56,408 bases of DNA, from the sequence record SRR2962707_5284, one strand, 5' to 3'. Shown here in pieces: positions 18,751 to 28,002 of this stretch (positions within the stretch are counted from its first letter, which is position 1; each line of letters opens with the position of its first letter). The notes under the pieces are model-generated. The model worked only from the letters and a program-made list of their open reading frames with translations. It was not told the DNA's origin and did not search any database. A program made the translations under genes and the position numbers.

Positions 18751-19782
18751 TTACAAGCCGAGCAGAGCAGCGGCAGTGCCGCCCATGACGGCCTCGCGCG
18801 TTGCCTTGTCCGCCAATGATTTCGCAAGGCGATCAACGTCATAATCTCCCATGTCAAAGGCGTAGTCTGTGCCAAACGCCACGCGATCTGCACCGACATT
18901 CTCGATCAAATACCCAAGATAGGTGTCGTCAAACAGCACCGTATCAAACCAAATTTTCCTTAGGTAACTTGAGGGCGGATTGGCGCAGTTCTGAATTTCC
19001 GGGCGCACGGACCAAGCGTGATCAGACCGACCAATATAATGGGGTAGGTAGCCGCCGCCATGGGCCGCCAACACTTTTAGATTTGGGTAGCGGTCAAAAA
19101 CACCAGAAAAAATCATGTGGGACAGGGCAATTGTCGTCTCGGCAGGTTGCCCGATCGTGTTCGATAGGTAATCCCGGTTCAAACGTTTCCCCAGCGATGT
19201 CCCGAGCGGGTGGATAAACACCACGGCCCCGGTTTCTTCTGCCGTCTGCCAAACCAAATCAAGACTTGCATCAGACAATTCAAGTGGACCAACGGCTGTA
19301 GAGATTTCAAATCCCTTCAGCCCTGCCGCCATAAGGTCTTTTATCTGCTGGGCGGCCAGTTCCGGATGCTGCAAAGAGACGATACCAAGTGCAGCGATAC
19401 GACCGTCCCCCTGAGCGACAATGTCCTGCATTGCCTCATTGGCCAATCCAACAAGGTCTGTCGCAAAGGCGTCATCCGCCCAATAGCTGTAGATATGTGG
19501 AGAAGGGCACACGACCTGAAGGTCAATTCCCATGTTGTCCAGGTCGGTCATCCGCGCATCGAGTGACGCAAAGCGAGCGCCTGCCTGTGGCAACATCACG
19601 GTGCCATTGTGCTTCATTGATGCTTCGCCAATGCCCTCGGCCATCATTTTCATACCAGCCGCAAATTCTGGTCGATGTGAGATCAGCGCATCGACCTTTG
19701 GGGCACCGGCATGACCGTGAATATCGATTACACGAACATCCTGGCGCGGTGCAGCAGTGCTGGGTACATATTTATCAGTCAC
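18751..19782 (-). CDS. Amidohydrolase_2 family protein (ACMSD-like decarboxylase/hydratase)
   Basis: IDIHGH, FIHP, AHGGG, FGTDY; start uncertain (GTG 19782 preferred; ORF open to 19839). Confidence 0.88.
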   Translation of the reverse strand: MTDKYVPSTAAPRQDVRVIDIHGHAGAPKVDALISHRPEFAAGMKMMAEGIGEASMKHNGTVMLPQAGARFASLDARMTDLDNMGIDLQVVCPSPHIYSYWADDAFATDLVGLANEAMQDIVAQGDGRIAALGIVSLQHPELAAQQIKDLMAAGLKGFEISTAVGPLELSDASLDLVWQTAEETGAVVFIHPLGTSLGKRLNRDYLSNTIGQPAETTIALSHMIFSGVFDRYPNLKVLAAHGGGYLPHYIGRSDHAWSVRPEIQNCANPPSSYLRKIWFDTVLFDDTYLGYLIENVGADRVAFGTDYAFDMGDYDVDRLAKSLADKATREAVMGGTAAALLGL

Positions 19783-19845
19783 AATAGGGGTCTTTCTCGA
19801 CAGAGATTGGGCGGCAGTTGCAAGAGGCCGATCCAGCAATAGCCA

Positions 19846-20769
19846 TTAATTGACATAGTCATTTGTGGGTAGGTTTGAGGCTGCTTCCTGTATCACGTCG
19901 CGCAACCAGACGATGCCGGGGTCATGGGCTCTGTATTCGTGCCATTGCACCATTTGTCGAACGGGCGGCATATGAAATGGCATCGGATAGGTCACAAGGT
20001 TGGCCATCGGCGCGATGGTTTGCGCGAGCCGTTTATGCACCGTCGCAATTCTATCCGTTTGAGAAATCAAATGGGGCAACGTAGAGAACGAGAAGGTCTC
20101 GATCTCAATCCGGCGGGTGATGCCCGCCTTCTTCAATAGGAAGGATTCTCCGGTCAACGTTCCGTTCTGCATCTTCATGGAAGCGTGGGGGGCGGACTCG
20201 TAGGTAATTCGATCCATTGTGCAATCGCCGTACTTACCATCGCCCCATGCAGCCACGACGTAGCGATCTTCGAACAGAAGTTCAGCCGGGTGACCGGGAG
20301 ACAGGAAGATTTCAGGCGTTACCAGCAAATCAATCTCGCCGCGCTCCAACAAGATCTGTGGTGAGTCCGTGGGGGGGCGCATGTTGATGCCAACTGTTGC
20401 ATTCTGTTTGCCCAGAATCTTGAAAACCTCTGGCATCAAAACACGGATTGTGTAGTCCGACAGCAAAATGTTGAACGTGCGAATTGAGGCATCCGGATGG
20501 AATTGTGGTTGAGAGTCTATGGTCGCTTCGATCCTAACCAGAATGTCACGAATGGCCGGGCGCATGGCCTCTGCGCGGGGCGTGATTTCCATCCGCCGTC
20601 CGACCTGCACGAGCAACGGGTCATCAAAATAAGTGCGCAACCGTCGCAATGCATTAGACATTGCCGATTGGCTCATGAACATTTTGTCCGCAGCGGCTGA
20701 CACCGATCGAAGTTCGATCATGTGATCGAGAGCTGTCAGTAGATTTAGATCAAGTTTCTTGAATCTCAT
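19846..20769 (-). CDS. NodD/FdeR-like LysR regulator #2
   Basis: MRFKKLDLNLLTALDHMIELRSVSAAADKMFMSQSAMSNAL; N-terminus nearly identical to #3. Confidence 0.92.
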   Translation of the reverse strand: MRFKKLDLNLLTALDHMIELRSVSAAADKMFMSQSAMSNALRRLRTYFDDPLLVQVGRRMEITPRAEAMRPAIRDILVRIEATIDSQPQFHPDASIRTFNILLSDYTIRVLMPEVFKILGKQNATVGINMRPPTDSPQILLERGEIDLLVTPEIFLSPGHPAELLFEDRYVVAAWGDGKYGDCTMDRITYESAPHASMKMQNGTLTGESFLLKKAGITRRIEIETFSFSTLPHLISQTDRIATVHKRLAQTIAPMANLVTYPMPFHMPPVRQMVQWHEYRAHDPGIVWLRDVIQEAASNLPTNDYVN

Positions 20770-20832
20770 CTTCTTTTTTCCGGCTCTTTGCTAACTGATG
20801 TGTCACATTAACGCCTCAGCAGCCATTTCTAC

Positions 20833-20870
20833 ATTGAATTGATTGGATACCAACTATTTGCATTCTCAAT
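20833..20870 (-). promoter_or_regulatory. nod-box-like site upstream of LysR#2-amidohydrolase
   Basis: Minus strand ATT-gagaatgca-AAT-agttggt-ATC-caatcaattc-AAT (9/7/10). Confidence 0.5.
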
Positions 20871-21059
20871 GATTGAAGGTCGAAAAGCCAGGGTGCATCC
20901 TATAGGGAATGGCGCGATCTGAGATGCTTCGCACCTGAAGGAAGCCATTAACTATTTGAATCCTAGTGAAGATATTGCCGCTGGTTTTCCACTTTCCTCG
21001 GCTGGTTGAAGTTAACGTTTTTGGTTCCCTTCGACATAAATTGTCTATTTGGTGCGGCT

Positions 21060-21096
21060 ATCCGTTTCCCGCATGCCTCCCATTCACATTTAAAAT
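21060..21096 (+). promoter_or_regulatory. nod-box-like site upstream of the porin
   Basis: tATC-cgtttcccg-CAT-gcctccc-ATT-cacatttaa-AAT (9/7/9). Confidence 0.6.
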
Positions 21097-21156
21097 TCAA
21101 CTTATCCAGTGGCCTAGTGGATAAAAAGCCATCAAATTTCGAGGAGGAATAACGGG

Positions 21157-22221
21157 ATGAAGAAACTTTGCAGCGCGATAACGTGCGGTGTCATGCTGAT
21201 GCCGGGGTTGGCATATGCTAACCCGAATTTCGGGGGGCAATTGGTAGTTGGCTACGGCGAAGTGGACGGAGTTGGAGACTCCTATGGGATCCTAAGCTTG
21301 AATGCCGAAGAGACTTACACATTTCAGTCTGGCACTAAACTGACTTGGAAAGTTCAGGCCCGCGGGCGGACAGATCAAGATGATATTGGTCTACTTGATA
21401 GCGACAACCTGGATGCGTCTCTGGAGCTTGACCTAGGCAGCGGCGGTAAGCTGGGTATTTCGACTTTCAGTGAGCCTGTACATCAATTCCCTTGGGCCGA
21501 CGGCGAATTGTTCAACCGAGGATCTGTAGGCGTGATGCCGGTGATCCGTAAACGTTATGACGGTGTCGCAGACAGCCAGTTTGACCCAGCCCGCAATAAG
21601 GTCGATCCGGATCTTATCCTGACCTATTCAAACCGGTTCGGTAAGGTCGGATTTGATTTGGTTGCGAACCCGCTGGGCACATGGAATGGTAACGACGAAG
21701 ATGATTTGTTCGGCTCGCCAGATGTTCCAATGGTTGAGGCAAAGTTCACTCTGCCAACTGAAAATGGTATTTACAGCGTTGCGGTCAACGATTTGAAAGA
21801 TGCCGAATTTCAATTGGTCTATCCGATGCGTGATATTGGTCTGACCTTGATTGCACGTCACTCAATCAACGAAGGCGATTGGGATGACAGCCGTACAAAC
21901 TTGATTGCGATGTATCGCGCAAAGAACATGGGTGTCTTTAAGGGCGCTATGTTGGCCCACGCGAGGGACGATAGTGCGACCCGTACAATGCTCAGCCTGA
22001 ATTTCGGTTATGAAGACTTTAGCGTCAAAGTCGCAGGCGACACGGACGGTGATATGGCCATCGAAGGCAGCTATGCCTTTAATGAAAAGACCTCACTGAT
22101 GTTTGGTTGGGATAATGGTCACGACTTTAGGGAGGGCTTCGATGACGCAGCATTCCCGGCACCTGTGTTTGCTCCGGCGCGTGGAAGTGCTTTCGAAGTG
22201 GCGCTTGTCCACAATTTCTAA
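21157..22221 (+). CDS. Outer-membrane porin-like beta-barrel protein
   Basis: Signal peptide ending AYA, amphipathic beta strands, Asp/Gly-rich loops, terminal FEVALVHNF; GAGGAGG RBS. Confidence 0.75.
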   Translation: MKKLCSAITCGVMLMPGLAYANPNFGGQLVVGYGEVDGVGDSYGILSLNAEETYTFQSGTKLTWKVQARGRTDQDDIGLLDSDNLDASLELDLGSGGKLGISTFSEPVHQFPWADGELFNRGSVGVMPVIRKRYDGVADSQFDPARNKVDPDLILTYSNRFGKVGFDLVANPLGTWNGNDEDDLFGSPDVPMVEAKFTLPTENGIYSVAVNDLKDAEFQLVYPMRDIGLTLIARHSINEGDWDDSRTNLIAMYRAKNMGVFKGAMLAHARDDSATRTMLSLNFGYEDFSVKVAGDTDGDMAIEGSYAFNEKTSLMFGWDNGHDFREGFDDAAFPAPVFAPARGSAFEVALVHNF

Positions 22222-22242
22222 AAGCTAGCTGTGACCATATGG

Positions 22243-22286
22243 AAAGCCCCCTGCATCGTTTCCCGTGCGAGGGGGCTTTTTATTTT
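22243..22286. terminator. Bidirectional intrinsic terminator
   Basis: AAAGCCCCCTGCA...TGCGAGGGGGCTTTTTATTTT between convergent genes. Confidence 0.8.
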
Positions 22287-22299
22287 GGAGTGCATGGTT

Positions 22300-23058
22300 C
22301 TAGGTGTCAAAGCCCGGGAACTGACGACGCGCTTTGCGAAGCTGCGCCTGCCACGTGCCCATATTGAACATATGTTTGTCGCTCCAGGTGCCTTCGGCTT
22401 CATTCGCTGCGCGGTCCACGATGGATTGATCGATCTCGTAGGCCTCTATACCACCAGGGCCGATGCCGCTGGCGATCTGTACGGAACAGGCGCGGTTCAG
22501 CATATAGGCGAGGAAATACGCCTCTTTCACTGAGTGCCCCCAGACGATCATACCGTGGCCGCGCAGAAGCGTGACTTGGCTTTCGCTGAAGCATTTCACC
22601 AGTTTCTCGGCTTCCGTGGGGCCGGTCAGGAAGCCTTCATATTCGTGATAAGCGACGTCGCCGATCCAGATGGCCCACTGGTTGTTGCGCACAAGCCCTT
22701 GCTTTTGCATTGACACGCCGATGGTGCTGAAGGAATGGGCGTGGATCACGCATTTTGCCTCGGGGATCGCGTCATAAACGCTTTTATGCATCGGGTAGGA
22801 AAAGCCGTGGGTGCGAGCTTCGGAATTGTAGACTTCCTTGCCCTGAGCATCGAGTAAGTGCAGCGATGAAGCGGTGATCTCCTCAAACATCTCGGCTGGA
22901 TCGTTCATAAGAACCTGCGAGGGGTTGTCAGGCGAACGGGCGGTAAAGTGTTCAAAACACAGATCGGCGCCCCATTCGGCTTCGCCTAAGCGTATGGCGG
23001 CAGCCAAATCAACGCGGGTGTTCCATTCTGCCTCTGAGACGTGCGCTCTCTTTGTCAT
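22300..23058 (-). CDS. Class II aldolase/adducin family protein (possible decarboxylase)
   Basis: EWNTRVDLAAA, FEEITASSL, IHAHS, LLRGHG; start ATG 23058 after GAGGAGG. Confidence 0.88.
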   Translation of the reverse strand: MTKRAHVSEAEWNTRVDLAAAIRLGEAEWGADLCFEHFTARSPDNPSQVLMNDPAEMFEEITASSLHLLDAQGKEVYNSEARTHGFSYPMHKSVYDAIPEAKCVIHAHSFSTIGVSMQKQGLVRNNQWAIWIGDVAYHEYEGFLTGPTEAEKLVKCFSESQVTLLRGHGMIVWGHSVKEAYFLAYMLNRACSVQIASGIGPGGIEAYEIDQSIVDRAANEAEGTWSDKHMFNMGTWQAQLRKARRQFPGFDT

Positions 23059-23161
23059 GTTTCCTCCTCTAATGCCGTGCGCCTGACGGGGCGGGCGGCC
23101 AATTTGATGTGATTTGGGCCGACAGGTATAACGCCCGTCGACCCAGTTCAGATTTGAAACT

Positions 23162-24193
23162 TTAGTCCTTTGGCTCTGGCCAGAGGCCAAAGGCAAGTGG
23201 GCGATCTGGTGTGGGTTCTTGGCGGCAGATGTTGGTTTGCTTGCCAAGCCCCGTGACCGCGCCAACGATCACGTCGCCATCCTGCAAGAAGCGCCCGTGG
23301 TGCTTGCCGTTTCCGGGAGGTGAACCAGACAAGATCATGTCACCGGGCGTCAGGTTGATACGCTCAGACAAATAAGAAACCATTTGCTGATGGCTAAATA
23401 TCATGTCGTTGCACGGCCAATCCTGCATGACCTTGTCATTAACGCTCAGAGTGATGCGGGCGGTGTCCACATCATACATCTGGCGTGGAACGATGAAGGG
23501 GCCTGCGATTTTGAACGTCGGCTGGTGTTTGGAAATCCAATCGAATTGGAAGTGAATATCGGTACGGCGGAAGATGTCTACCGTGCCGATGTCATTGACC
23601 GCACAATAGCCCGCAATCAGGCCATCGGCCTCTTCCACTGAGGCATAGCGAGCAGACTTTCCGATCACACAGGCCAGTTCCATTTCCCAATCGGGTTCGT
23701 CGCCAAGAACGGGTAACACTAGATCATTATTCGCACCAACAAGCGACGAGTGCAGACCAGTCCATAGGAAAGGCGTGCCGGTGCGCTGGCGTTCTTCCAT
23801 GGCTTCATAGTTGCGCTGGTAGAACTCTTCATCCGTTTCACCCGGTTTGCGATTGTGCTGGTTGAACTTGTTCTTGGTCAGCATTTCCGCGACGTGTTGT
23901 TTGTAGTTCGATCCTGCACAAAGAAGGTTAGGGTGGGCAACCGGCTTGAGCGGTTCAACCTCGGAAAACTCGAAGTCCACGCGCTCTGTTGCGGCAAGAT
24001 CGACCAAGACGTCAAAGTTGCGGTCCCAATCGTCAAAAATGTGGTGCGTGTCATAGAATTTGTCAGAAAGATCGATGGACTGGCCATCGGCCCGGACAAG
24101 CCCGGGGACAGGTTTGCCGTCGCGCGAAAATGTTCCGACACCGAATGTCCCGTCAAACAGGCCCGTCGCGGGATTGATGGTTTTGTTCGTCAT
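23162..24193 (-). CDS. FAH family protein #2 (paralog of #1)
   Basis: CAGSNY, PDWEMEL, VNDIG, GSPPGNG; start ATG 24193 after GGGAGG. Confidence 0.9.
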   Translation of the reverse strand: MTNKTINPATGLFDGTFGVGTFSRDGKPVPGLVRADGQSIDLSDKFYDTHHIFDDWDRNFDVLVDLAATERVDFEFSEVEPLKPVAHPNLLCAGSNYKQHVAEMLTKNKFNQHNRKPGETDEEFYQRNYEAMEERQRTGTPFLWTGLHSSLVGANNDLVLPVLGDEPDWEMELACVIGKSARYASVEEADGLIAGYCAVNDIGTVDIFRRTDIHFQFDWISKHQPTFKIAGPFIVPRQMYDVDTARITLSVNDKVMQDWPCNDMIFSHQQMVSYLSERINLTPGDMILSGSPPGNGKHHGRFLQDGDVIVGAVTGLGKQTNICRQEPTPDRPLAFGLWPEPKD

Positions 24194-24265
24194 GTTGAGG
24201 ACTTCCTCCCAAGTGTAATTCCGCGCTATAATACTAGGGTACATAACAGTCAGCTATTCGCATTC

Positions 24266-24892
24266 ATGTCAGAGCCGAATCCACCGCTAACCCCCCGAAA
24301 ACGCCCAACTCAAGCGCGTTCCAAGCAATTGGTTGATACCATTCTGCAAGGGGCTATTCGCGTTTTGGAAGACCAGGGGCGGGCCAATTTTTCCACGACA
24401 GAGATCGCCGAAACAGCCGGGGTTTCTATTGGGTCTCTGTACCAATATTTCGGGTCCAACGATGCCATCATGGCCGAACTTGTTTTGCGGGAACATGAAA
24501 GGCTTTTGGCCCGTACGAATGAAGCTGCAGAAACGACAGAAGGCCTAGAGGTCGAAGATGCGGTACGCATCTTGATCCATGCCCTTTCGCGGGACAAACC
24601 CACGAGACGGATAGCGCGTATTCTGGAAGAGGAAGAAGAGCGGCTCCCACGCACACCCGATTTGATCGAGGTGGAAGCCGCCATTCGCGCAAACTCGGAC
24701 GCCTTTTTTCAACGTCTCCTTGCTGGGTATATGCCCGATGAAAGGATCGCGATTGTGACGCTGGACGTCTTTAAGATTGCGCGCGGTATGTTTGATGGTC
24801 CGCAGCCCGCCGTAGATCCCGAAGGACCCGACGCGCTGCCGGAACGTATTGTGCGGGTGATCTTGGGCTATTTCGACCGAATGATGCCTTAG
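24266..24892 (+). CDS. TetR/AcrR family regulator
   Basis: PRKRPTQARSKQLVDTIL...FSTTEIAETAGVSIGSLYQYF; start ATG 24266. Confidence 0.9.
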   Translation: MSEPNPPLTPRKRPTQARSKQLVDTILQGAIRVLEDQGRANFSTTEIAETAGVSIGSLYQYFGSNDAIMAELVLREHERLLARTNEAAETTEGLEVEDAVRILIHALSRDKPTRRIARILEEEEERLPRTPDLIEVEAAIRANSDAFFQRLLAGYMPDERIAIVTLDVFKIARGMFDGPQPAVDPEGPDALPERIVRVILGYFDRMMP

Positions 24893-25851
24893 CCTGCGAC
24901 AACTTTCTGGTCGATTGGACCAAAGATAGGTTGCCCATCGCGGGTTTTGCATTCCATGCGGATATGGTCTCCAAAGCTCATGTAGGGAGTCTTTGGAGCG
25001 CCTTCATCCAACAGCTCAATGCCCCGGCGTTCTGCAAGGCAGGATGACCCGATTTCGCGGAAATTCTCATTGGACACGGTACCAGAGCCAAGAACCGTTC
25101 CGGCGCATAGCGTGCGAGAGTACGCAGCATGCGCCAGTAACTCATCAAAACCATAGGTCATATGGTACCCTTCGGCATTGCCGAAACGGTCGCCATTCAG
25201 ATCGACGGTCAGGGGCAAATCTACGCGCGCATCACGCCATGCATCGCCTAGTTCATCCGGAGTTACTGCAACCGGGGCCACAGAACAGGCTGGCTTAGCG
25301 TGGATCCAGCCGAACCCGGTTTTCATTTCAACCGGGGCCAAAGAGCGTAATGACCAGTCATTGATCTGCAAGAGCAGGCGTATATGACTACGTGCATCCG
25401 CAGCGCTGGTTCCCATCGGGACTTCGTCGCAAATCAGTCCGAACTCGCCCTCGAAATCAATGCCGTCTGCTTCCGATGGAAAGGGGGCATCGCTGGTAGA
25501 TGGCAGGAATTGATGCGACATGCCTTGATACATCAATGGGCGGCCTTTTGGGTTTGGCTCCAGCTTGAAAACAGTCTGCATCAGGTCGCCGTGACTGTCA
25601 TAGGCAGAGCCATCCAGCCATTGCCAAGCCCGCGGCAACGGTGCCAACGCGATTGCTGGATCAAAGGAGGCGCCATTGCCAGCGTTCAAGTCGGCATATT
25701 GAATTTCAAGCGTGGGCGTTAGCGCGTCCCAATTTTCCATCAAAGCCTGAAGGGTTTCCACGTTCTTTGCAGGTTCAGACCGTTTCAAATCGCGGCTGAC
25801 AACATGCAGACGTCCATCTGGGGTGCCGTTGGGAAGTGTTGCGAATTTCAT
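24889..25851 (-). CDS. FAH family protein #3 (FdeI-like)
   Basis: MKFATL...DGRL.VVSRDL, PLPRAWQWLDGSAY, IDFEGE, NDWSLR, GSGTVSN. Confidence 0.9.
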   Translation of the reverse strand: MKFATLPNGTPDGRLHVVSRDLKRSEPAKNVETLQALMENWDALTPTLEIQYADLNAGNGASFDPAIALAPLPRAWQWLDGSAYDSHGDLMQTVFKLEPNPKGRPLMYQGMSHQFLPSTSDAPFPSEADGIDFEGEFGLICDEVPMGTSAADARSHIRLLLQINDWSLRSLAPVEMKTGFGWIHAKPACSVAPVAVTPDELGDAWRDARVDLPLTVDLNGDRFGNAEGYHMTYGFDELLAHAAYSRTLCAGTVLGSGTVSNENFREIGSSCLAERRGIELLDEGAPKTPYMSFGDHIRMECKTRDGQPIFGPIDQKVVAG

Positions 25852-26747
25852 GTTAGGTCTCCGTGTTTCAGGGCATTTTCAATAAGACTGGACAGCGCAG
25901 TATCCGGGGCAAAACCGGCCTTTACACTGTCGTCAACGTCAACGGTCTGCGCTTGGCCAAACAAGCGCATGGTGTCGGGATCTGGTGCGTAGATTATGTT
26001 CGAGGAGCTTTCAGGAAAGGCTGCGCGCAATGCCTGTTCTAGATCGGTAAAGCGCACCGCCGTCATCGGCAATGTCAAACTTCGATTAGGGCCAAGGTCC
26101 GGCGACAGGGCCGCGTGCATAAAGTTGGCCGCGACATTGCCGACCGATGAGAGTAGCGTTTCGCCTTCCTCAGACACTGGCAGAGTGATGTCATATCCAT
26201 CCCTGAGGGCGATAAACACTTCGGACAGGAACGAGGACTTCAGCGCAGCGCCAGTTCCGGCGCGTGCCACAATCCCACCGGGGCGTAGGGAAATTCCATC
26301 AACTTCACCGCGGCGGGTCGCTGTTTCCAAGGCAATCTCGATCATCGCTTTGTGGCTTCCATAAATCATCGTAGGCGCGCGTTCTGACGTTGTCTCACCC
26401 AGCACAGCGAGAGAGGAGGCAAATACAAAACGAGTTTCCGGGCTGCAGGTTTCGATCAATGCTAATGTCGCATCAAGGTTTACGGCCCTTGCGGCTGCCG
26501 GGTCTGTTTCGGCAGCGCCCCCAAGGATCGCGGCAAGATGAATAACTGCGTCGGCCATCCCAATGGCCTGCCGCAAAACCGGATCCGTTAAATCGCATGT
26601 CAGGGATGTTATCTTTGGATGGGTTACCTCAATAGGAACGAGGTCGCAGGCAACAACATGGCCGATGGCTTCATCGTCCAGTGCGGCCTGTAACACCGCG
26701 CGTCCCAAGAACCCGGCCGCCCCTGTGATTACGACATGTGTGCTCAT
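25848..26747 (-). CDS. NAD-dependent epimerase/dehydratase (FdeJ-like)
   Basis: ITGAAGFLG, HLAA, FASSLAV, YGSHK; start 26747 overlaps the cupin stop. Confidence 0.88.
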   Translation of the reverse strand: MSTHVVITGAAGFLGRAVLQAALDDEAIGHVVACDLVPIEVTHPKITSLTCDLTDPVLRQAIGMADAVIHLAAILGGAAETDPAAARAVNLDATLALIETCSPETRFVFASSLAVLGETTSERAPTMIYGSHKAMIEIALETATRRGEVDGISLRPGGIVARAGTGAALKSSFLSEVFIALRDGYDITLPVSEEGETLLSSVGNVAANFMHAALSPDLGPNRSLTLPMTAVRFTDLEQALRAAFPESSSNIIYAPDPDTMRLFGQAQTVDVDDSVKAGFAPDTALSSLIENALKHGDLT

Positions 26748-27355
26748 CTGTCTGAGGCAATCCGCGCATCTTGCTTTGCCTGAGCGGCTTGCAGTGCCGA
26801 ACAAAAAGTCCCGTCAGTGAGGACAAAAAGCATCCGGCAAACGGCGTCGGATCTGTTGGCCCATGCATGAATTGTACCTCGTTGAACCACGACATCACCA
26901 GGGCGTAAAACCACTTCATCCTCGTCCAATAGCAAAACGATTTCGCCAGCGATCACCACGCCGTAATCCACGCTTTCAGTGCGATGCATCAATGGATGAC
27001 GTCCCGCCTTGGTGTGTCTTGCATTCTCGGCAAGACCAACGGCTTCAAAAAGGGCGCGCGCTTGGTCCTTGTCGAATTCAGGACCATCCTTGCCTTCTGG
27101 TGGGATGTCTACAAAACGAATGATGGTGCCATTTGAGGGGGGCGCAGTGTCACGATACACATCGGTTGGGTCCGGTTCAGTAAAATCAACCGGCATCGGC
27201 GTTTGATTCGTTGACCAAACTTCGTGAAAAGCCAAGCCCGGTTGCCCGGGCGGTCGTGTGACATGGGGCAGGGGGCCGTTTTGGGAAACGACGGCCTTGC
27301 CATCTTTGTCATGAGCCGTGACTACGCGACGAATATCCGGAAGATTTACTTCCAC
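26744..27355 (-). CDS. Cupin domain protein (FdeH-like)
   Basis: IRRVVTAHD..GKAV, MHRTESVDYG, GDVVVQRGTIHAWAN; GTG start after GAAGGA. Confidence 0.88.
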   Translation of the reverse strand: MEVNLPDIRRVVTAHDKDGKAVVSQNGPLPHVTRPPGQPGLAFHEVWSTNQTPMPVDFTEPDPTDVYRDTAPPSNGTIIRFVDIPPEGKDGPEFDKDQARALFEAVGLAENARHTKAGRHPLMHRTESVDYGVVIAGEIVLLLDEDEVVLRPGDVVVQRGTIHAWANRSDAVCRMLFVLTDGTFCSALQAAQAKQDARIASDR

Positions 27356-27360
27356 GGTGT

Positions 27361-28002
27361 CTATCCTTCTTGCTGCGCAAAAAGCTCTGCTTCTTTTTTC
27401 AGTGCACGTTGGACAGCCGGACGTTGCTCCATCCGTTCCGCATGTGCGGCCCAATTGGGCAATACACTGACGTCATAATCGACGCTGAGCAGGCGGTACC
27501 AGATCCAATAAATATAGGCGTCCTGGATGGACCATTCATTGCCATACCACCAAGGGCCTTTTGCCAAAGTGTCCTCGACGATTTTGGCCATCATCACCAT
27601 GCCGGCATGGCCCTTGTCGCTGACGGATTTCTGGGCATCCTCGCCGTCGACAATAAACATAGGCATCCGCATGCGTGTGACCAACGGATGCAGAGTGTCG
27701 GCACAAAACGCGAGGTTCGCTGTAATCTTGGCATCTGCAAATGGGTCGGACGTCTGTGGTAACAAAGTTGGGAATTTCGTACCCAGATATCGGGCAATTG
27801 CCACGTTCTGGGTAAGAGGGCCATCCGGTGTGACCAGAAGCGGGACTTTACCGGCGGGGTTCATGGCCAAATAGTCTGGTCGCTTGTGTTCGCCTTTCAT
27901 AAGGCGCACTAGCTTGGTGTCAAAGTTAGCGCCGGCTTCTTCCAGCGCTATAAGGGGAACCCGGGCACAAGTGCCCGGCGCAATATAAAGAGTATAGCTC
28001 AA
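27361..28002 (-). CDS. Glutathione S-transferase (beta-class-like)
   Basis: LYIAPGTCA, MNPAGKVPLL, LTQNVAIARY, RPAVQRAL; TTG start overlapping the hydrolase stop. Confidence 0.88.
   Translation of the reverse strand: MSYTLYIAPGTCARVPLIALEEAGANFDTKLVRLMKGEHKRPDYLAMNPAGKVPLLVTPDGPLTQNVAIARYLGTKFPTLLPQTSDPFADAKITANLAFCADTLHPLVTRMRMPMFIVDGEDAQKSVSDKGHAGMVMMAKIVEDTLAKGPWWYGNEWSIQDAYIYWIWYRLLSVDYDVSVLPNWAAHAERMEQRPAVQRALKKEAELFAQQEG

Noticed and set aside
23855-24265. Long N-terminal extension of TetR in the ORF track (likewise extensions at 12268, 12137, 15328, 23265, 27454, 54737)
   Set aside because: They overlap neighbouring genes; internal starts with RBS or stop-start coupling fit family lengths.
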